The notes beneath the pieces were generated by a model. It was not told the origin of the DNA. It saw only the letters and a list, made by a program, of their open reading frames with translations, and did no database searches. From an uncultured Bacteroidales bacterium (GTDB lineage Bacteria > Bacteroidota > Bacteroidia > Bacteroidales > UBA7960), in contig CAYPFV010000003.1 of the NCBI GenBank assembly GCA_964410015.1, positions 1 through 51,445 on the forward strand: a stretch of DNA of 51,445 nt, read 5' to 3'. Position numbers and translations under genes: made by a program. Below, piece after piece: positions 38,161 to 49,468 of this stretch. Positions within the stretch are counted from its first letter, which is position 1, and each line of letters opens with the position of its first letter.

Positions 38161-39351
38161 ATGACTGTGAAACTATCGGAAAGAATTACGAATATGGCAG
38201 AATCGGAAACCATTGCCATGTCAAGAAAAAGCAGGGAGTTAACCTCAAAAGGATATGATGTGATTAATCTGAGTTTGGGAGAACCTGATTTTTTCACACC
38301 TGAAGAAATAAAATCCGCTGCCAAAGATGCTATCGATAAAAATTTCTCTTTCTATACCGCTGTAAATGGATATCAGGAATTGAGAATTGCAATTTCCAAA
38401 AAATTAAAAAGAGATAATCAACTGGATTATTCACCTGATGATATTGTTGTAAGTACGGGTGCCAAACAGGCGTTGATGAATGCGGTTTTGTGTCTTGTAA
38501 ATCCTGGCGATGAGGTAATTATTCCTGTTCCTTTCTGGGTTAGTTATGTTCAAATGGTAACTTTTGCTGAGGGCAAACCACATTTTCTGGAAACGGGTAT
38601 TGGGCAAGATTTTAAAATTACACCTGAGCAACTGGAGGCAGCCATCAGCCAAAAAACAAAGGTTTTCATTTTTTCCAGCCCTTGCAATCCGTCCGGTTCA
38701 CTGTATACCAAAAAAGAGCTTGAAGCCCTGGCGCAGGTGTTTAAAAAGTATCCACATGTTTATGTTATATCTGATGAGATTTATGAGTTGATCAATTTTA
38801 GTGGAAATCATGAAAGCATTGCACAATTTAGTTACATAAAGGACCGGGTGGTTATTATCAATGGAGTTTCAAAAGGTTTTGCCATGACCGGATGGCGATT
38901 AGGGTATATGGCAGCACACCCTGCTTTGGCAAAAGCAGCCACTAAGTTGCAGGGTCAATTTACCTCGGCCACCTGTTCTATTACACAAAAAGCAGCCGAA
39001 AAAGCAATGGAGATGAAACCCTCTTTGGAAATGCTCAACAAATTCAGGGAAAGAAGAGATCTTATCCTTGATTTGATAAAAGATATACCCGGCATTAAAA
39101 CCAATGTTCCTCAGGGGGCATTTTATATTTTTCCGGAGGTGAGTTACTATTTTGGAAAATCTGATGGGAAAAACGTTATTAAAAATGCAGGAGATTTGTC
39201 TATGTATCTGCTGAACAATGCCCATGTAGCTGTTGTGCCTGGAAATGCTTTTGGCGCTCCGGGTTGTATAAGAATATCCTATGCCACTTCAAATGATTTG
39301 ATCACTGAGGCAGTGCAAAGGATTAAGAAAGCACTGAAATTGCTCCAATAG
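38161..39351 (+). CDS. aspC: PLP-dependent aminotransferase class I/II (aspartate aminotransferase-like)
   Basis: LSLGEPDF, GAKQAL, PCNPSG, SDEIY, GVSKGFAMTGWRLGY, RISYA. Confidence 0.88.
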   Translation: MTVKLSERITNMAESETIAMSRKSRELTSKGYDVINLSLGEPDFFTPEEIKSAAKDAIDKNFSFYTAVNGYQELRIAISKKLKRDNQLDYSPDDIVVSTGAKQALMNAVLCLVNPGDEVIIPVPFWVSYVQMVTFAEGKPHFLETGIGQDFKITPEQLEAAISQKTKVFIFSSPCNPSGSLYTKKELEALAQVFKKYPHVYVISDEIYELINFSGNHESIAQFSYIKDRVVIINGVSKGFAMTGWRLGYMAAHPALAKAATKLQGQFTSATCSITQKAAEKAMEMKPSLEMLNKFRERRDLILDLIKDIPGIKTNVPQGAFYIFPEVSYYFGKSDGKNVIKNAGDLSMYLLNNAHVAVVPGNAFGAPGCIRISYATSNDLITEAVQRIKKALKLLQ

Positions 39352-39629
39352 TGCCAGTATGAAAACAATAAATTCATGATTTTTTTAATCATCCTATAAT
39401 AATTGAATTAAATTGGTATGATGCAACCCCCATTTCACTGATTACTAAATTATTATTATGTTTTTGTGTAATAACACATGGAGGTTTTATCATGGCAATC
39501 ATGAACAACCAGGCAAATTTTCACATTTGAATCTCACGATTTTTATATTTGCTGCCTGCTCTCATTCGCAGATAGAAAAAATGAAATTAATTACTCATAT
39601 TCAATAGTCAATTAAGAAATTACACATAT

Positions 39630-40640
39630 ATGAGTCAGGAGAATTATATTCGGGAAGTTTTTGATGCATTTCAGAAACAAAATATTCTGGTGATAGGGGA
39701 TGTGATGATTGATTCCTATCTATGGGGAAGGGTTGACCGCATATCGCCGGAAGCTCCGGTGCCGGTAGTAGCACTTCACCATCGTGAGAACCGCATGGGA
39801 GGGGCAGCAAACGTAGCGCTTAATGTTCAAAGTCTGGGAGCAAAACCATTGCTTTGCGCATCTATCGGCGATGATGAAAGTGGCCATAACTTTTTGAATC
39901 TCATGGGAAAACAGCGTTTGGATACTTCTGCTATCATAACGGTGCCGGGCAGAATAACCACAACAAAACACCGGGTTATTGGGAATAATATGCAAATGCT
40001 AAGGGTAGATCATGAAACCGTTCAGGAATTGGAAGAATCTGTAATCTATGATCTTTTTTCAAAAATAGAACAACTTGTTGTCAAAAAAAAAATAGATGCT
40101 ATTCTTTTTGAAGATTATGACAAAGGGGTAATCACACCGCTTTTGATCAGCAAAGTTGTAAATCTTTCACGAGATCAAAACATACCCGTTGTGGTAGACC
40201 CCAAAAAAAGGAATTTCATGAACTATAAAGGGGTAACATTGTTAAAACCTAATCTGAAAGAATTGCACGAAGGTTTGAAAACCGATCAATCATTAGATAC
40301 AACAGAAAAGCTGGCAGCCCAAATACAGTTACTTCAGCAAAAACTGGGCGTGCAAATGGTGCTTGCCACTTTATCAGAAAAAGGAGTTTTTTACAGTGAA
40401 CAAACCGGAAATCATCAATACAACACCGGTTCTGTGAAAGCACATATTCGTTCTATAGCAGATGTATCGGGTGCTGGCGATACAGTTATCAGTATTGTTG
40501 CCATGTGCCTTGCGGCAGGTTGTTCGCTGCCTTTTACTTCTGCACTTGCCAATCTGGCAGGTGGTTTGGTTTGTGAAAAAGTAGGTGTGGTTCCCGTAAA
40601 TAAACAGGAATTACTCCGGGAGGCAATTGCATTGCTGTAA
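39630..40640 (+). CDS. rfaE1: D-glycero-beta-D-manno-heptose-7-phosphate kinase (RfaE domain I / HldA)
   Basis: RISPEAPVPV, GGAANVA, DYDKG, VDPK, DVSGAGDTV. Confidence 0.88.
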   Translation: MSQENYIREVFDAFQKQNILVIGDVMIDSYLWGRVDRISPEAPVPVVALHHRENRMGGAANVALNVQSLGAKPLLCASIGDDESGHNFLNLMGKQRLDTSAIITVPGRITTTKHRVIGNNMQMLRVDHETVQELEESVIYDLFSKIEQLVVKKKIDAILFEDYDKGVITPLLISKVVNLSRDQNIPVVVDPKKRNFMNYKGVTLLKPNLKELHEGLKTDQSLDTTEKLAAQIQLLQQKLGVQMVLATLSEKGVFYSEQTGNHQYNTGSVKAHIRSIADVSGAGDTVISIVAMCLAAGCSLPFTSALANLAGGLVCEKVGVVPVNKQELLREAIALL

Positions 40641-40657
40641 ATGAAAAATTTTAATGT

Positions 40658-41305
40658 ATGAAAGTAGAGAAAAATCTTTATCAATTCAGGAAAAACTACC
40701 GGGGCAAGTCTTTGGAGTTAGAAAAGATGCACCCTGATCCGTTAAAGCAATTTTCTGATTGGTTGGGCATAGCTATAGATTCTGGCTTGCCAGAGCCCAA
40801 TGCCATGATTCTCTCTACTGTTTCGATTACCCAGGGGGTATCATCGCGCACTGTGTTGCTCAAAAACCTGGATAGTAAAGGGTTTGTGTTTTTTTCAAAC
40901 TATAATAGCCGGAAAGCTCAGGAGATTGAATCTAACCCATTTGGGTCTTTGTTGTTTTTGTGGCTTGAATTGGAAAGACAGGTAAGAATTGAGGGTAAGA
41001 TTGAAAAAATCCATGAGAATGAGTCAGATATGTATTTTAAGACCCGTCCGCGTGAAAGCCAACTCAGTGCCTGGGCATCAGACCAAAGCGCTGTTATTTT
41101 TGATAAAAAAGTACTTAAAGACAATTACAGCAAAACAGAACAGCAATTTAAAGGGAAACCCGTTCCTCGTCCCGATTTTTGGGGAGGTTACAGACTTACT
41201 CCCATCAAAATTGAGTTTTGGCAGGGACAACCCGGAAGAATGCACGACCGCCTTCTCTATATTCTAACTGGTAAAACATGGGAAATCAAAAGATTATCTC
41301 CTTAA
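40658..41305 (+). CDS. pdxH: Pyridoxamine 5'-phosphate oxidase
   Basis: EPNAM, RTVLLK, NSRKA, RQVRIEG, EFWQG...HDR. Confidence 0.95.
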   Translation: MKVEKNLYQFRKNYRGKSLELEKMHPDPLKQFSDWLGIAIDSGLPEPNAMILSTVSITQGVSSRTVLLKNLDSKGFVFFSNYNSRKAQEIESNPFGSLLFLWLELERQVRIEGKIEKIHENESDMYFKTRPRESQLSAWASDQSAVIFDKKVLKDNYSKTEQQFKGKPVPRPDFWGGYRLTPIKIEFWQGQPGRMHDRLLYILTGKTWEIKRLSP

Positions 41306-41311
41306 GAAAGT

Positions 41312-42004
41312 ATGGCAAAAAAAGAAGATGTAAGAGGCATGTTTAACCGCATTGCCCACCGTTATGATTACCTGAATCATTTTTTATCTTTGGGGATAGA
41401 TTATTCCTGGAGGCGGACATTAAGAAAAAAACTGACGCCTTATCAACCTGCTGCTATACTTGATGTAGCCACGGGTACTGCAGATTTGGCTATAGAGCTG
41501 GCAAAGCTCAACCCCGAACGTATTATAGGAGTTGATATTGCCGAAACTATGCTCGCTTACGGCGATAAAAAACTAAAACGGAAAAAACTCGACAATATCA
41601 TTACCCTTCAGCAAGCCGATTCCGAAGATCTTCCATTTGAAGCAAACACTTTCGATGCAGCTGTTGTGGCATATGGTGTTAGAAACTTTGAAACACCGCT
41701 GAAAGGATTAAAAGAAATCTACAGAGTGCTCAAACCTGGTGGCGTAATCATGATCCTTGAATTTGGAATGCCCGACAGGTTTCCTGTAAAACAAGGGTAT
41801 AATTTGTATTTCAATTTTATTTTACCCCTATGGGGTCGTGTTTTTAGCGGTAGTTATCAATCCTACAAATATTTACCTGAGTCCGTAAAGAAATTTCCCT
41901 ACGGCGATCATTTTTTGGAATGGATGGAACAGGCAGGTTTTCAGAACAATCAGTTTCATAAACTTTCAATGGGTATCACATATTTGTATGAAGGTGTAAA
42001 ATAA
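41312..42004 (+). CDS. menG: Demethylmenaquinone methyltransferase (MenG/UbiE)
   Basis: MFNRIAHRYDYLN, LDVATGTADLA, YGVRN, RVLKPGG, YLPESV. Confidence 0.93.
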   Translation: MAKKEDVRGMFNRIAHRYDYLNHFLSLGIDYSWRRTLRKKLTPYQPAAILDVATGTADLAIELAKLNPERIIGVDIAETMLAYGDKKLKRKKLDNIITLQQADSEDLPFEANTFDAAVVAYGVRNFETPLKGLKEIYRVLKPGGVIMILEFGMPDRFPVKQGYNLYFNFILPLWGRVFSGSYQSYKYLPESVKKFPYGDHFLEWMEQAGFQNNQFHKLSMGITYLYEGVK

Positions 42005-42216
42005 ATTTTGCAATAATACTTTTTTGGCAGCGTTTTAAAATGAAATTTCTTGTGGTCAAAGCAACTTTTTTTCCATTGACACTGTTTAATGAAAAATAAG
42101 ATTGGTTATAAAAGATTTTCTCTGGATTTCAATCCAACAGATACACAGTTTTAAAAAGTATTTTCAGGAATCAAGGGAAAACAGTCGCTTTAAGTATATT
42201 TTATAATTTCCAAACA

Positions 42217-42987
42217 GTGAACTACTTTCATTCCAGCATTTTCAGAGTTTCGCTATTAATACTTTCCTTTTTTGTGCTATTGCCGTTTTTTGCCTGTGCA
42301 CAAATTCAAAAATCCTTCAAACCCGAGAATCTACCTTATCATGACCAAAAGCCTTATCATTTCGGATTTTCTCTGGGTTTCAACAAACTGGATTTTGCTC
42401 TTAAACCCATAGAAAATCTCGAAGGGGTTCAGTTTTCCGGGATGGATGGTAGTCCTGAATTTGACACCTTATATTCAGTAACCACTCAACCCGAAAACGG
42501 TTTTAACATTGGCATAGTTTCTAATTTGCGTCTGGGAAATCAATTTGATCTTAGGTTTGTTCCTACCTTAACTTTTGGGGATAGAAATATTATATACGAA
42601 GGCAGGAAAAATGGCGATAACATCCGACGCACGGCACCCATTGAAAGCACTTTTATTGATTTTCCTTTGCATGTCAAGTACAAATCAGTCAGAATGCTTA
42701 ACACACGTGTTTATATAATCGGAGGAGTGAAATATAGTTATGATCTGGCGTCGATAGAAGATAAAGAAGACATTGAAAATGAACTGATCGCAAGCATATC
42801 AAAGCATGATTTTTTTTATGAATTAGGTGTGGGTTTTGATTATTATTTCTACTATTTCAAGTTCTCCACTGAAATAAAAACCTCTTTTGGGATGCGCGAC
42901 ATGCTGGAAAGAGAAAATTCTATGTTTTCCAATTCCATTGATCGCTTAAACTCAAAGATCATTATGATCTCTTTCTTGTTCGAATAA
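42217..42987 (+). CDS. porT: PorT/SprT-family outer-membrane beta-barrel (type IX secretion)
   Basis: Signal peptide, D.KPYHFGFSLG, DLRFVPTLTF, GVGFDYY...KFSTEIK, terminal FE; follows ubiE/menG as commonly seen in Bacteroidota. Confidence 0.78.
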   Translation: MNYFHSSIFRVSLLILSFFVLLPFFACAQIQKSFKPENLPYHDQKPYHFGFSLGFNKLDFALKPIENLEGVQFSGMDGSPEFDTLYSVTTQPENGFNIGIVSNLRLGNQFDLRFVPTLTFGDRNIIYEGRKNGDNIRRTAPIESTFIDFPLHVKYKSVRMLNTRVYIIGGVKYSYDLASIEDKEDIENELIASISKHDFFYELGVGFDYYFYYFKFSTEIKTSFGMRDMLERENSMFSNSIDRLNSKIIMISFLFE

Positions 42988-43002
42988 GTTAAGTATTGCT
43001 GA

Positions 43003-43950
43003 TTAATTATCCCGCCGTTTTTCCCAATCATCAAGATATTCAAGGTAGGTTTGCAAATATATCTCCTGGTGCGTTTCCATGGGATTATGCCCTGCATTGG
43101 GAATAATCTCTAATTCATAAGAAGGGATAAGTTCGAGTAATTCTTTACTTTCTGCAAAAGGTACCCATGTATCTTTCTCACCCCAAATCGCCAAAACAGG
43201 TAAATGAAGATTTCCAATTTTTAGTTTTCCGGGTTCATTTGCCCTGCGGGCATTGTTGAGTATCGCACGAGAGTTTCCTTCCATACTGAGTGGTTTGTAG
43301 TATTGCTCTATTTGTTCATTTGAAGGTTCTTCACCATAGGCTGATTGCAGCATCAACTGTATTTGACGCTGGGTTATAAACCATTCCTGAGCGACATTGC
43401 CTGCAAAAGATGCGATACCAGGGATTTTTAACAAAAAGGGGAGGTTATACTCACCCGGAACAAGTGAATCAAACAGGGCAGGTGCTGTTAAATTCAGCGT
43501 GAGAAATTGTTTTGGGTTCTGCAATGCCATTGCTACAGCAATCGATCCTCCCATTGAATGCCCCACCAGGTGCCAATTGGTTTCCGCATCAAGATATTTT
43601 ATAAAGTCATTGACCAGTTCTGCCCTTGCCCCAATGGAACCGTTCAGGTTACTTCTTTTTTGACTGAAACCAAATGGTGGTACATCCACAGCCACAACAA
43701 AATAACCATTATTGCTTAACACTGGTGCTATCTTTTCCCATGAAAAAGTGGAACCTCCAAAACCATGAATCAGCAATATTTTTCCCTTTGGTTCAGCCTC
43801 ATCTGTAGTCCATAATCTGTAATGCAAAGAAACATTATCTGTTTTGGCGAAGTTACTGTTGTTGAAATACTTGTCATTCAACGATCTGCTGTATACTTGT
43901 AAAGGGAAAAGAGACAAAACAAAAGGTAATAAAAAAAGATATTTTCTCAT
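43003..43950 (-). CDS. Secreted alpha/beta-fold hydrolase
   Basis: IHGFGG, GHSMGG, WGEKD, AGHNP catalytic triad motifs; signal peptide. Confidence 0.88.
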   Translation of the reverse strand: MRKYLFLLPFVLSLFPLQVYSRSLNDKYFNNSNFAKTDNVSLHYRLWTTDEAEPKGKILLIHGFGGSTFSWEKIAPVLSNNGYFVVAVDVPPFGFSQKRSNLNGSIGARAELVNDFIKYLDAETNWHLVGHSMGGSIAVAMALQNPKQFLTLNLTAPALFDSLVPGEYNLPFLLKIPGIASFAGNVAQEWFITQRQIQLMLQSAYGEEPSNEQIEQYYKPLSMEGNSRAILNNARRANEPGKLKIGNLHLPVLAIWGEKDTWVPFAESKELLELIPSYELEIIPNAGHNPMETHQEIYLQTYLEYLDDWEKRRDN

Positions 43951-44187
43951 TTTTGAGATGCCATTAAAAGTTTTGGGTCGTAAATCAAAATCATTTATAC
44001 ATTTTCAAACAATAAGGATAAAACAATTGTTGAAAAATTGTTTATAAAAAGGATTCAAATTTGATGAACATGTAAATTAAAATATAAAAAAACACATCAA
44101 AACAAAGAATTAATCTGATAAAATTTTATCATTGAATAAAATAATAATTACTAAATCATATATAAACCCTCAAAAACAAAATTAAAA

Positions 44188-44703
44188 ATGAAGAGAAATT
44201 CAAACGTGGTTACATTTGGAGGCAAACCAGTAACACTGTTAGGTAAGATAGCTAAAACCGGAAATAGCGCTAAAAATTTTATAGCCACAGATGGCGATCT
44301 TAAACCTGTTCAATTAAGTGATTTCCAGGGAAAGGTGCGTATCATTTCTTCTGTTCCCTCGGTAGATACTTCAGTTTGTGCAGATCAAACCCGTCGTTTT
44401 AATATGGAAGCTTCAAAACTGGAAGGAGCTCAGATCATTACCATTTCCTGTGATTTACCGTTTGCATTGAAAAGATTTTGTGCTGCTGAAGGAATAGATA
44501 ATATTCTTACGGTTTCAGATCATAAAGATACCGAGTTTGGTGTTAAGTATGGTTTTTTAATAGAAGAGTTTCGTTTGCTGGCAAGAGGCATTGTAATTAT
44601 AGATCAGAATGATATCATCAAATACGTGGAAGTAGTGCCCGAAATTGGTGAGCATCCTGATTACGATAAGGCGATAGCGGCAGCTAAAAAGTTATTATCC
44701 TAA
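44188..44703 (+). CDS. tpx: Thiol peroxidase (atypical 2-Cys peroxiredoxin)
   Basis: VPSVDTSVC, DLPFALKRFCAAEG, LLARG, EHPDYD. Confidence 0.93.
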   Translation: MKRNSNVVTFGGKPVTLLGKIAKTGNSAKNFIATDGDLKPVQLSDFQGKVRIISSVPSVDTSVCADQTRRFNMEASKLEGAQIITISCDLPFALKRFCAAEGIDNILTVSDHKDTEFGVKYGFLIEEFRLLARGIVIIDQNDIIKYVEVVPEIGEHPDYDKAIAAAKKLLS

Positions 44704-44777
44704 AGATGTATTTATTTCCAAAAATCATCTTTTATGGAAGCTTATTCATAAGAAATTAAACACTTTATAATTCATAC

Positions 44778-44814
44778 AAAAAAAGCGAACTTCTTTGAAA
44801 GTTCGCTTTTTTTT
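44778..44814. terminator. Bidirectional intrinsic terminator between tpx and dnaK
   Basis: AAAAAAAGCGAACTT...AAGTTCGCTTTTTTTT. Confidence 0.88.
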
Positions 44815-44836
44815 GTTTTTGCAGTACTGAAAAAGA

Positions 44837-46762
44837 TTATTTAACTTCTTCAAAATCAACATCAGTCACTTCACCATCGTCTTTTCCTTTGTTGTTTGCG
44901 CTTTGTCCTTGCTGTTGTTGCCCAGCATTAGCTTGCTGGCCATCAGCACCAGGTTGTCCCTGAGTGGCATTGTACATTTCAGCGCTGGCGGCCTGCCATG
45001 CAGTATTGATAGCGGCCATAGCAGTATCAATGGCAGCGAGGTCTTTATTTTTATGCGCTGTTTTTAAATCTTCAAGCGATTTTTCGATCGGTTCTTTCTT
45101 TTCAGCCGGAATTTTGTCACCAAATTCTTTCAACTGTTTTTCGGTTTGGAAGATCATGCTATCAGCAGCATTGATTTTTTCTGTTTCTTCTTTAAACTTG
45201 CGATCCTTTTCAGCGTTCTCTTCTGCCTCTTTTTTCATTCTTTGAATTTCATCTTCACTCAGTCCGCTGGAAGCTTCAATTCTGATATTTTGGGATTTAC
45301 CAGTTGCTTTATCTTTAGCGGAAACATTGAGGATACCGTTGGCATCAATATCAAACATTACTTCGATCTGAGGCACTCCTCTTGGAGAAGGTGGAATACC
45401 GTCGAGATGGAAGCGTCCGATGGTTCTGTTGTCTTTAGCCATAGGCCGTTCTCCCTGGAGAATATGTATCTCTACACTGGTTTGATTATCTGCAGCAGTA
45501 GAGAATGTTTCTGTTTTTTTAGTAGGGATTGTGGCGTTGGCTTCAATAAGTTTAGTCATTACCCCACCCAGGGTTTCAATACCCAAAGAAAGAGGAGTAA
45601 CATCGAGCAACAGTACATCCTTAATTTCTCCGCTAAGAACAGCACCCTGGATAGCAGCACCAATTGCTACCACTTCGTCGGGGTTAACCCCTTTAGAAGG
45701 TTTTTTTCCAAAGAATTTTTCTACTACTTCCTGTATTGCGGGTATGCGTGTTGATCCACCTACCAGGATCACTTCATCAATATCAGAAGAATCTAATTTT
45801 GCATCGCTCAGCGCTTTTTTACAAGGTTCAAGAGTAGCTTGTATAAGTTTGTCACTGAGTTGCTCGAATTTACTTCTGGAAAGGTTGCGCACCAAGTGTT
45901 TAGGAATACCGTCCACAGGCATAATGTAAGGGAGGTTGATTTCTGTTGAAGTAGAGCTCGACAATTCTATTTTGGCTTTTTCAGCTGCTTCTTTGAGTCG
46001 CTGCATAGCCATGGGGTCTTTTCTCAGATCAATATTTTCATCTTTTATAAATTCGTCGGCAAGCCAATCAATAATAACATTATCGAAGTCATCGCCACCC
46101 AGATGCGTATCGCCATTGGTTGATTTAACTTCAAACACACCGTCGCCCAATTCAAGTATTGAGATATCGAAAGTACCCCCACCTAAATCAAATACGGCAA
46201 TTTTGACGTCTTTATTTTTTTTATCGAGCCCATATGCCAATGAGGCAGCTGTGGGTTCGTTAATAATTCTTTTTACGTTTAATCCGGCTATTTCACCTGC
46301 TTCTTTGGTTGCCTGACGCTGCGAATCGTTGAAGTAAGCAGGAACAGTAATTACTGCTTCTGTCACTTCAGATCCCAGATAATCTTCAGCGGTCTTTTTC
46401 ATTTTTTGAAGTACCATAGCAGATATCTCCTGAGGTGTGTAGAGGCGATCATCAATTTTTACTCTTGGCGTTGAGTTGTCGCCTTTTACAACCTCGTAAG
46501 AAACCCTTGAGCGGTCGTTTGAAGTTGATTCAAATGTTTCACCCATAAAACGTTTGATGGAGGAAACTGTTTTGGCAGGATTTATTATGGCCTGGCGTTT
46601 TGCAGGATCACCCACTTTTCTTTCACCATTTTCAGTAAATGCAACAATAGAAGGAGTTGTTCTTCTTCCCTCACTGTTAGGAATTACAACGGGTTCGTTA
46701 CCCTCCATTACTGCAACGCAGGAGTTTGTTGTTCCTAAGTCTATACCTATAATTTTACCCAT
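44837..46762 (-). CDS. dnaK: Chaperone DnaK (Hsp70)
   Basis: [34 protein letters not shown], terminal DVDFEEVK. Confidence 0.98.
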   Translation of the reverse strand: MGKIIGIDLGTTNSCVAVMEGNEPVVIPNSEGRRTTPSIVAFTENGERKVGDPAKRQAIINPAKTVSSIKRFMGETFESTSNDRSRVSYEVVKGDNSTPRVKIDDRLYTPQEISAMVLQKMKKTAEDYLGSEVTEAVITVPAYFNDSQRQATKEAGEIAGLNVKRIINEPTAASLAYGLDKKNKDVKIAVFDLGGGTFDISILELGDGVFEVKSTNGDTHLGGDDFDNVIIDWLADEFIKDENIDLRKDPMAMQRLKEAAEKAKIELSSSTSTEINLPYIMPVDGIPKHLVRNLSRSKFEQLSDKLIQATLEPCKKALSDAKLDSSDIDEVILVGGSTRIPAIQEVVEKFFGKKPSKGVNPDEVVAIGAAIQGAVLSGEIKDVLLLDVTPLSLGIETLGGVMTKLIEANATIPTKKTETFSTAADNQTSVEIHILQGERPMAKDNRTIGRFHLDGIPPSPRGVPQIEVMFDIDANGILNVSAKDKATGKSQNIRIEASSGLSEDEIQRMKKEAEENAEKDRKFKEETEKINAADSMIFQTEKQLKEFGDKIPAEKKEPIEKSLEDLKTAHKNKDLAAIDTAMAAINTAWQAASAEMYNATQGQPGADGQQANAGQQQQGQSANNKGKDDGEVTDVDFEEVK

Positions 46763-46975
46763 ATGTAGTTATTTTTTAAGGTTTATCGAATTTTTTTTTC
46801 GCCTTGGTGGTTTCAATGATTGTGCCAATGCCAGATATAACCGTATTTTGTTACAATGTCATACCAGATTGGCTTAAAAATCAGGGTGATTATGAACAGT
46901 ATTGGATTTAAGATACAGATATACAGAACTTTGCGTTATATTGCCGAATAGTGACAAAAAGGCAGTTTTAAATTT

Positions 46976-49468
46976 TTAAAATCTTGTTACAAGTTTTATA
47001 TTGATCAGTCGGCTTGTAAGAAAGTTAGGAACAGCATACATGTCGTTGGAAACGTCTGTGATCCAAAGATAGCTGATCGTGTTGTTGATTTCGAGTAAAT
47101 TAAATACCTCTGCTGTAATCCACATACTTTCGAAGCTATTAAGTATGTTCTTTTCAGAAAACCGGGTTGATTCCCCGATGAGTTGTTTGGAAAAGCCTAT
47201 ATCAACTCTGCGGTATGGTGGCATTGTGGTAAGATTTTTTGATTTTTGATCTGTTGGGGGAGCTAAGGGCAGTCCGCTGCCATAAACAAGTGCCAGGTTT
47301 ACTTTATAACTGGGGTTTCTGGGCAGAAAGTCCTGGAAAAACAAGCTAAATGTCATTCGTTGGTCTGAAGGGCGTGGTATATAACCCAGCGGCACTTTCT
47401 CGCCATCTTCGTTGGTAAAAGTTGCACCTTTGATGATCTCTTCTGTTTTCATCAGAGAAAAACTGGCCCAGGATTCAATTCCTGGCACAAATTCTCCGTT
47501 GATCTTCATATCAATACCTGCGCCGTATCCTTCTGCTACATCATTAGCATAGTATCTGATTCTAACATTGTCGAGTTCATAGGGGATCAGGTTGTTAAAA
47601 TGTTTATAATAAACTTCTGCAGTATATTTAAAAGGTCGATCCCATATTTGCATGTTGTATTCTGAACCCAAAACCAATTGCAAACTTTCCTGTGCTTTGT
47701 TGTTTTTATTTAATATCCCATTCATGTCCCTAAGTTCTTTGTAAAAAGCGGGTTGTTGGTATAGTCCTCCCGATAGTCTGAAAACCATCCGGGGAAATTT
47801 AAGGGGTTTGAAAAGCACTGTTGCTCTTGGCGAAAACAACCATTGCCGGTTAAAATTCCAGTAATGTGTTCTGATACCCCCTGTGAGAATAAATCTACCA
47901 TGTTTACTATCCAATTCGTAAGAGTTTTGTATATACCCTGAGACCCTTCCTGATTGCAGAAGGATTCTGGTATTGAGAGTATCTTTCAGTGTCAGGTAAT
48001 CAGGATTGGGGTTACGTGGAATGGAAAAACCCGCAGAATCTGTGACAGACCATTCCCGCAAACGGTCAAAAATATCTTCATACTGAAATTTTATCCCGTA
48101 TTTAAAAATATTATTGTCGGTTGCAAGTTTGGCTTTGTGTTCAATATTCCAAACAATGGCATTCAGGTAGTTACGGGCATGATTATGAAAAGTACCCACC
48201 CCAAGGGGGGTACCTGTTGCCTGGCCAAATTCAGAGGATCCTAAATCGGTTTCAACGCGTTCCAGCAAATATTGTCCTCTTATATCGAAGTTTTCGGTTT
48301 CATCGGTTTGAAATAAAGAGGTGATGATTTGATATTGCTGATTTTCGGCAGGTGTGTAGTTGAGGGAAAGGGCACCAAGTGCAGTAAGGAACTGATCAGC
48401 CTCCTGTCCCTCAAAAAAAACAGTGAACTGTCTGACTTCTGAAATGGTGCCAAACCTTGTGGTTTGAACATCAGGAATAAACTGGTATTGGTTTCTGGAA
48501 AAATTACCCAAAAAATTCAACTCCCATTGGGGATTGAATTGCCATCCAACAAATGCCTGTGCATCAGAAAATTGCGGTTTGTATTCACCTTGGGTATCAA
48601 GTGTACCAAGTAAGTATTGATTGGATTTATGGCGCAATCCAAAAAGGTATCTGAGTTTGTTATTAAATTTTGAGTCTTCTATGTGCAAAGACCCTTCAAG
48701 CAGGCTAATGGAGAACGATCCTGCAAATGAGTCGGGATTTTTATAAGTAATATCCAAAACTGACGCCATTTTATCACCATATTCTGCATCAAAACCACCA
48801 GCAGAAAAAGAAATAGATGAAACCAGATCGGAATTTAAAAAGCTAAGTCCTTCCTGTTGGCCGCTTCTAACCAAAAACGGACGATAGATTTCTATACCAT
48901 TGACATATACCAGATTCTCGTCGTAGTTGCCGCCCCTTACCGAATATTGTGAGGAGAGTTCGGTAGCAGAGCTTACACCAGGCATGGTTTTTACAAGGTT
49001 TTCAACACCATTACCAGGGCCGGGTATCACAGCCGTAAGATTGGGGTCTATTTTAGTGTATTGACCCGATATGATTTGGCGTTCACGGATTTCTATATCC
49101 GGGAGTTTGGTGGCAACAGGCAGAAGAATGATCTCTGTAATAATTTCCTGACCCGGTTCAAGCATAATCTCTCTGGTAACACTCTGATATCCCAAAAAAC
49201 TAAACACTACTTCCTGTTTTACATGGGGTTGTATCTGTAGTGAGAAAAATCCATTACTATTGGTTGTAGTACCTGTTTGTGTGCCTTTTATGGAAACACT
49301 CACAAATTCCATGGGGTTGTGGTTCTCGTCTTTTACGGTTCCACTCAGATTGCCTTGCTGGGCAGAAGCAGGTAGAATTAATGTCCATGAGAACAGTGCA
49401 TAAACAACGAAGAAGAAAATTCTGTAAAAACCGTACACAATAAATTTTAAATATGAAATTTGGGGCAC
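46976..49468 (-). CDS. TonB-dependent receptor-like protein with N-terminal carboxypeptidase-regulatory-like domain
   Basis: GTTTNSNGFFSL, FSFLGY, plug motif YSVRGGNYDEN, terminal aromatic strand KLVTRF; start uncertain. Confidence 0.85.
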   Translation of the reverse strand: MPQISYLKFIVYGFYRIFFFVVYALFSWTLILPASAQQGNLSGTVKDENHNPMEFVSVSIKGTQTGTTTNSNGFFSLQIQPHVKQEVVFSFLGYQSVTREIMLEPGQEIITEIILLPVATKLPDIEIRERQIISGQYTKIDPNLTAVIPGPGNGVENLVKTMPGVSSATELSSQYSVRGGNYDENLVYVNGIEIYRPFLVRSGQQEGLSFLNSDLVSSISFSAGGFDAEYGDKMASVLDITYKNPDSFAGSFSISLLEGSLHIEDSKFNNKLRYLFGLRHKSNQYLLGTLDTQGEYKPQFSDAQAFVGWQFNPQWELNFLGNFSRNQYQFIPDVQTTRFGTISEVRQFTVFFEGQEADQFLTALGALSLNYTPAENQQYQIITSLFQTDETENFDIRGQYLLERVETDLGSSEFGQATGTPLGVGTFHNHARNYLNAIVWNIEHKAKLATDNNIFKYGIKFQYEDIFDRLREWSVTDSAGFSIPRNPNPDYLTLKDTLNTRILLQSGRVSGYIQNSYELDSKHGRFILTGGIRTHYWNFNRQWLFSPRATVLFKPLKFPRMVFRLSGGLYQQPAFYKELRDMNGILNKNNKAQESLQLVLGSEYNMQIWDRPFKYTAEVYYKHFNNLIPYELDNVRIRYYANDVAEGYGAGIDMKINGEFVPGIESWASFSLMKTEEIIKGATFTNEDGEKVPLGYIPRPSDQRMTFSLFFQDFLPRNPSYKVNLALVYGSGLPLAPPTDQKSKNLTTMPPYRRVDIGFSKQLIGESTRFSEKNILNSFESMWITAEVFNLLEINNTISYLWITDVSNDMYAVPNFLTSRLINIKLVTRF

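Noticed and set aside
43003-43950. Candidate MenH
   Set aside because: Has a signal peptide and lies away from the men cluster; only generic alpha/beta-hydrolase motifs
44964-46877. Long antisense ORFs over dnaK
   Set aside because: Well-known antisense shadow frames of Hsp70 genes caused by codon bias
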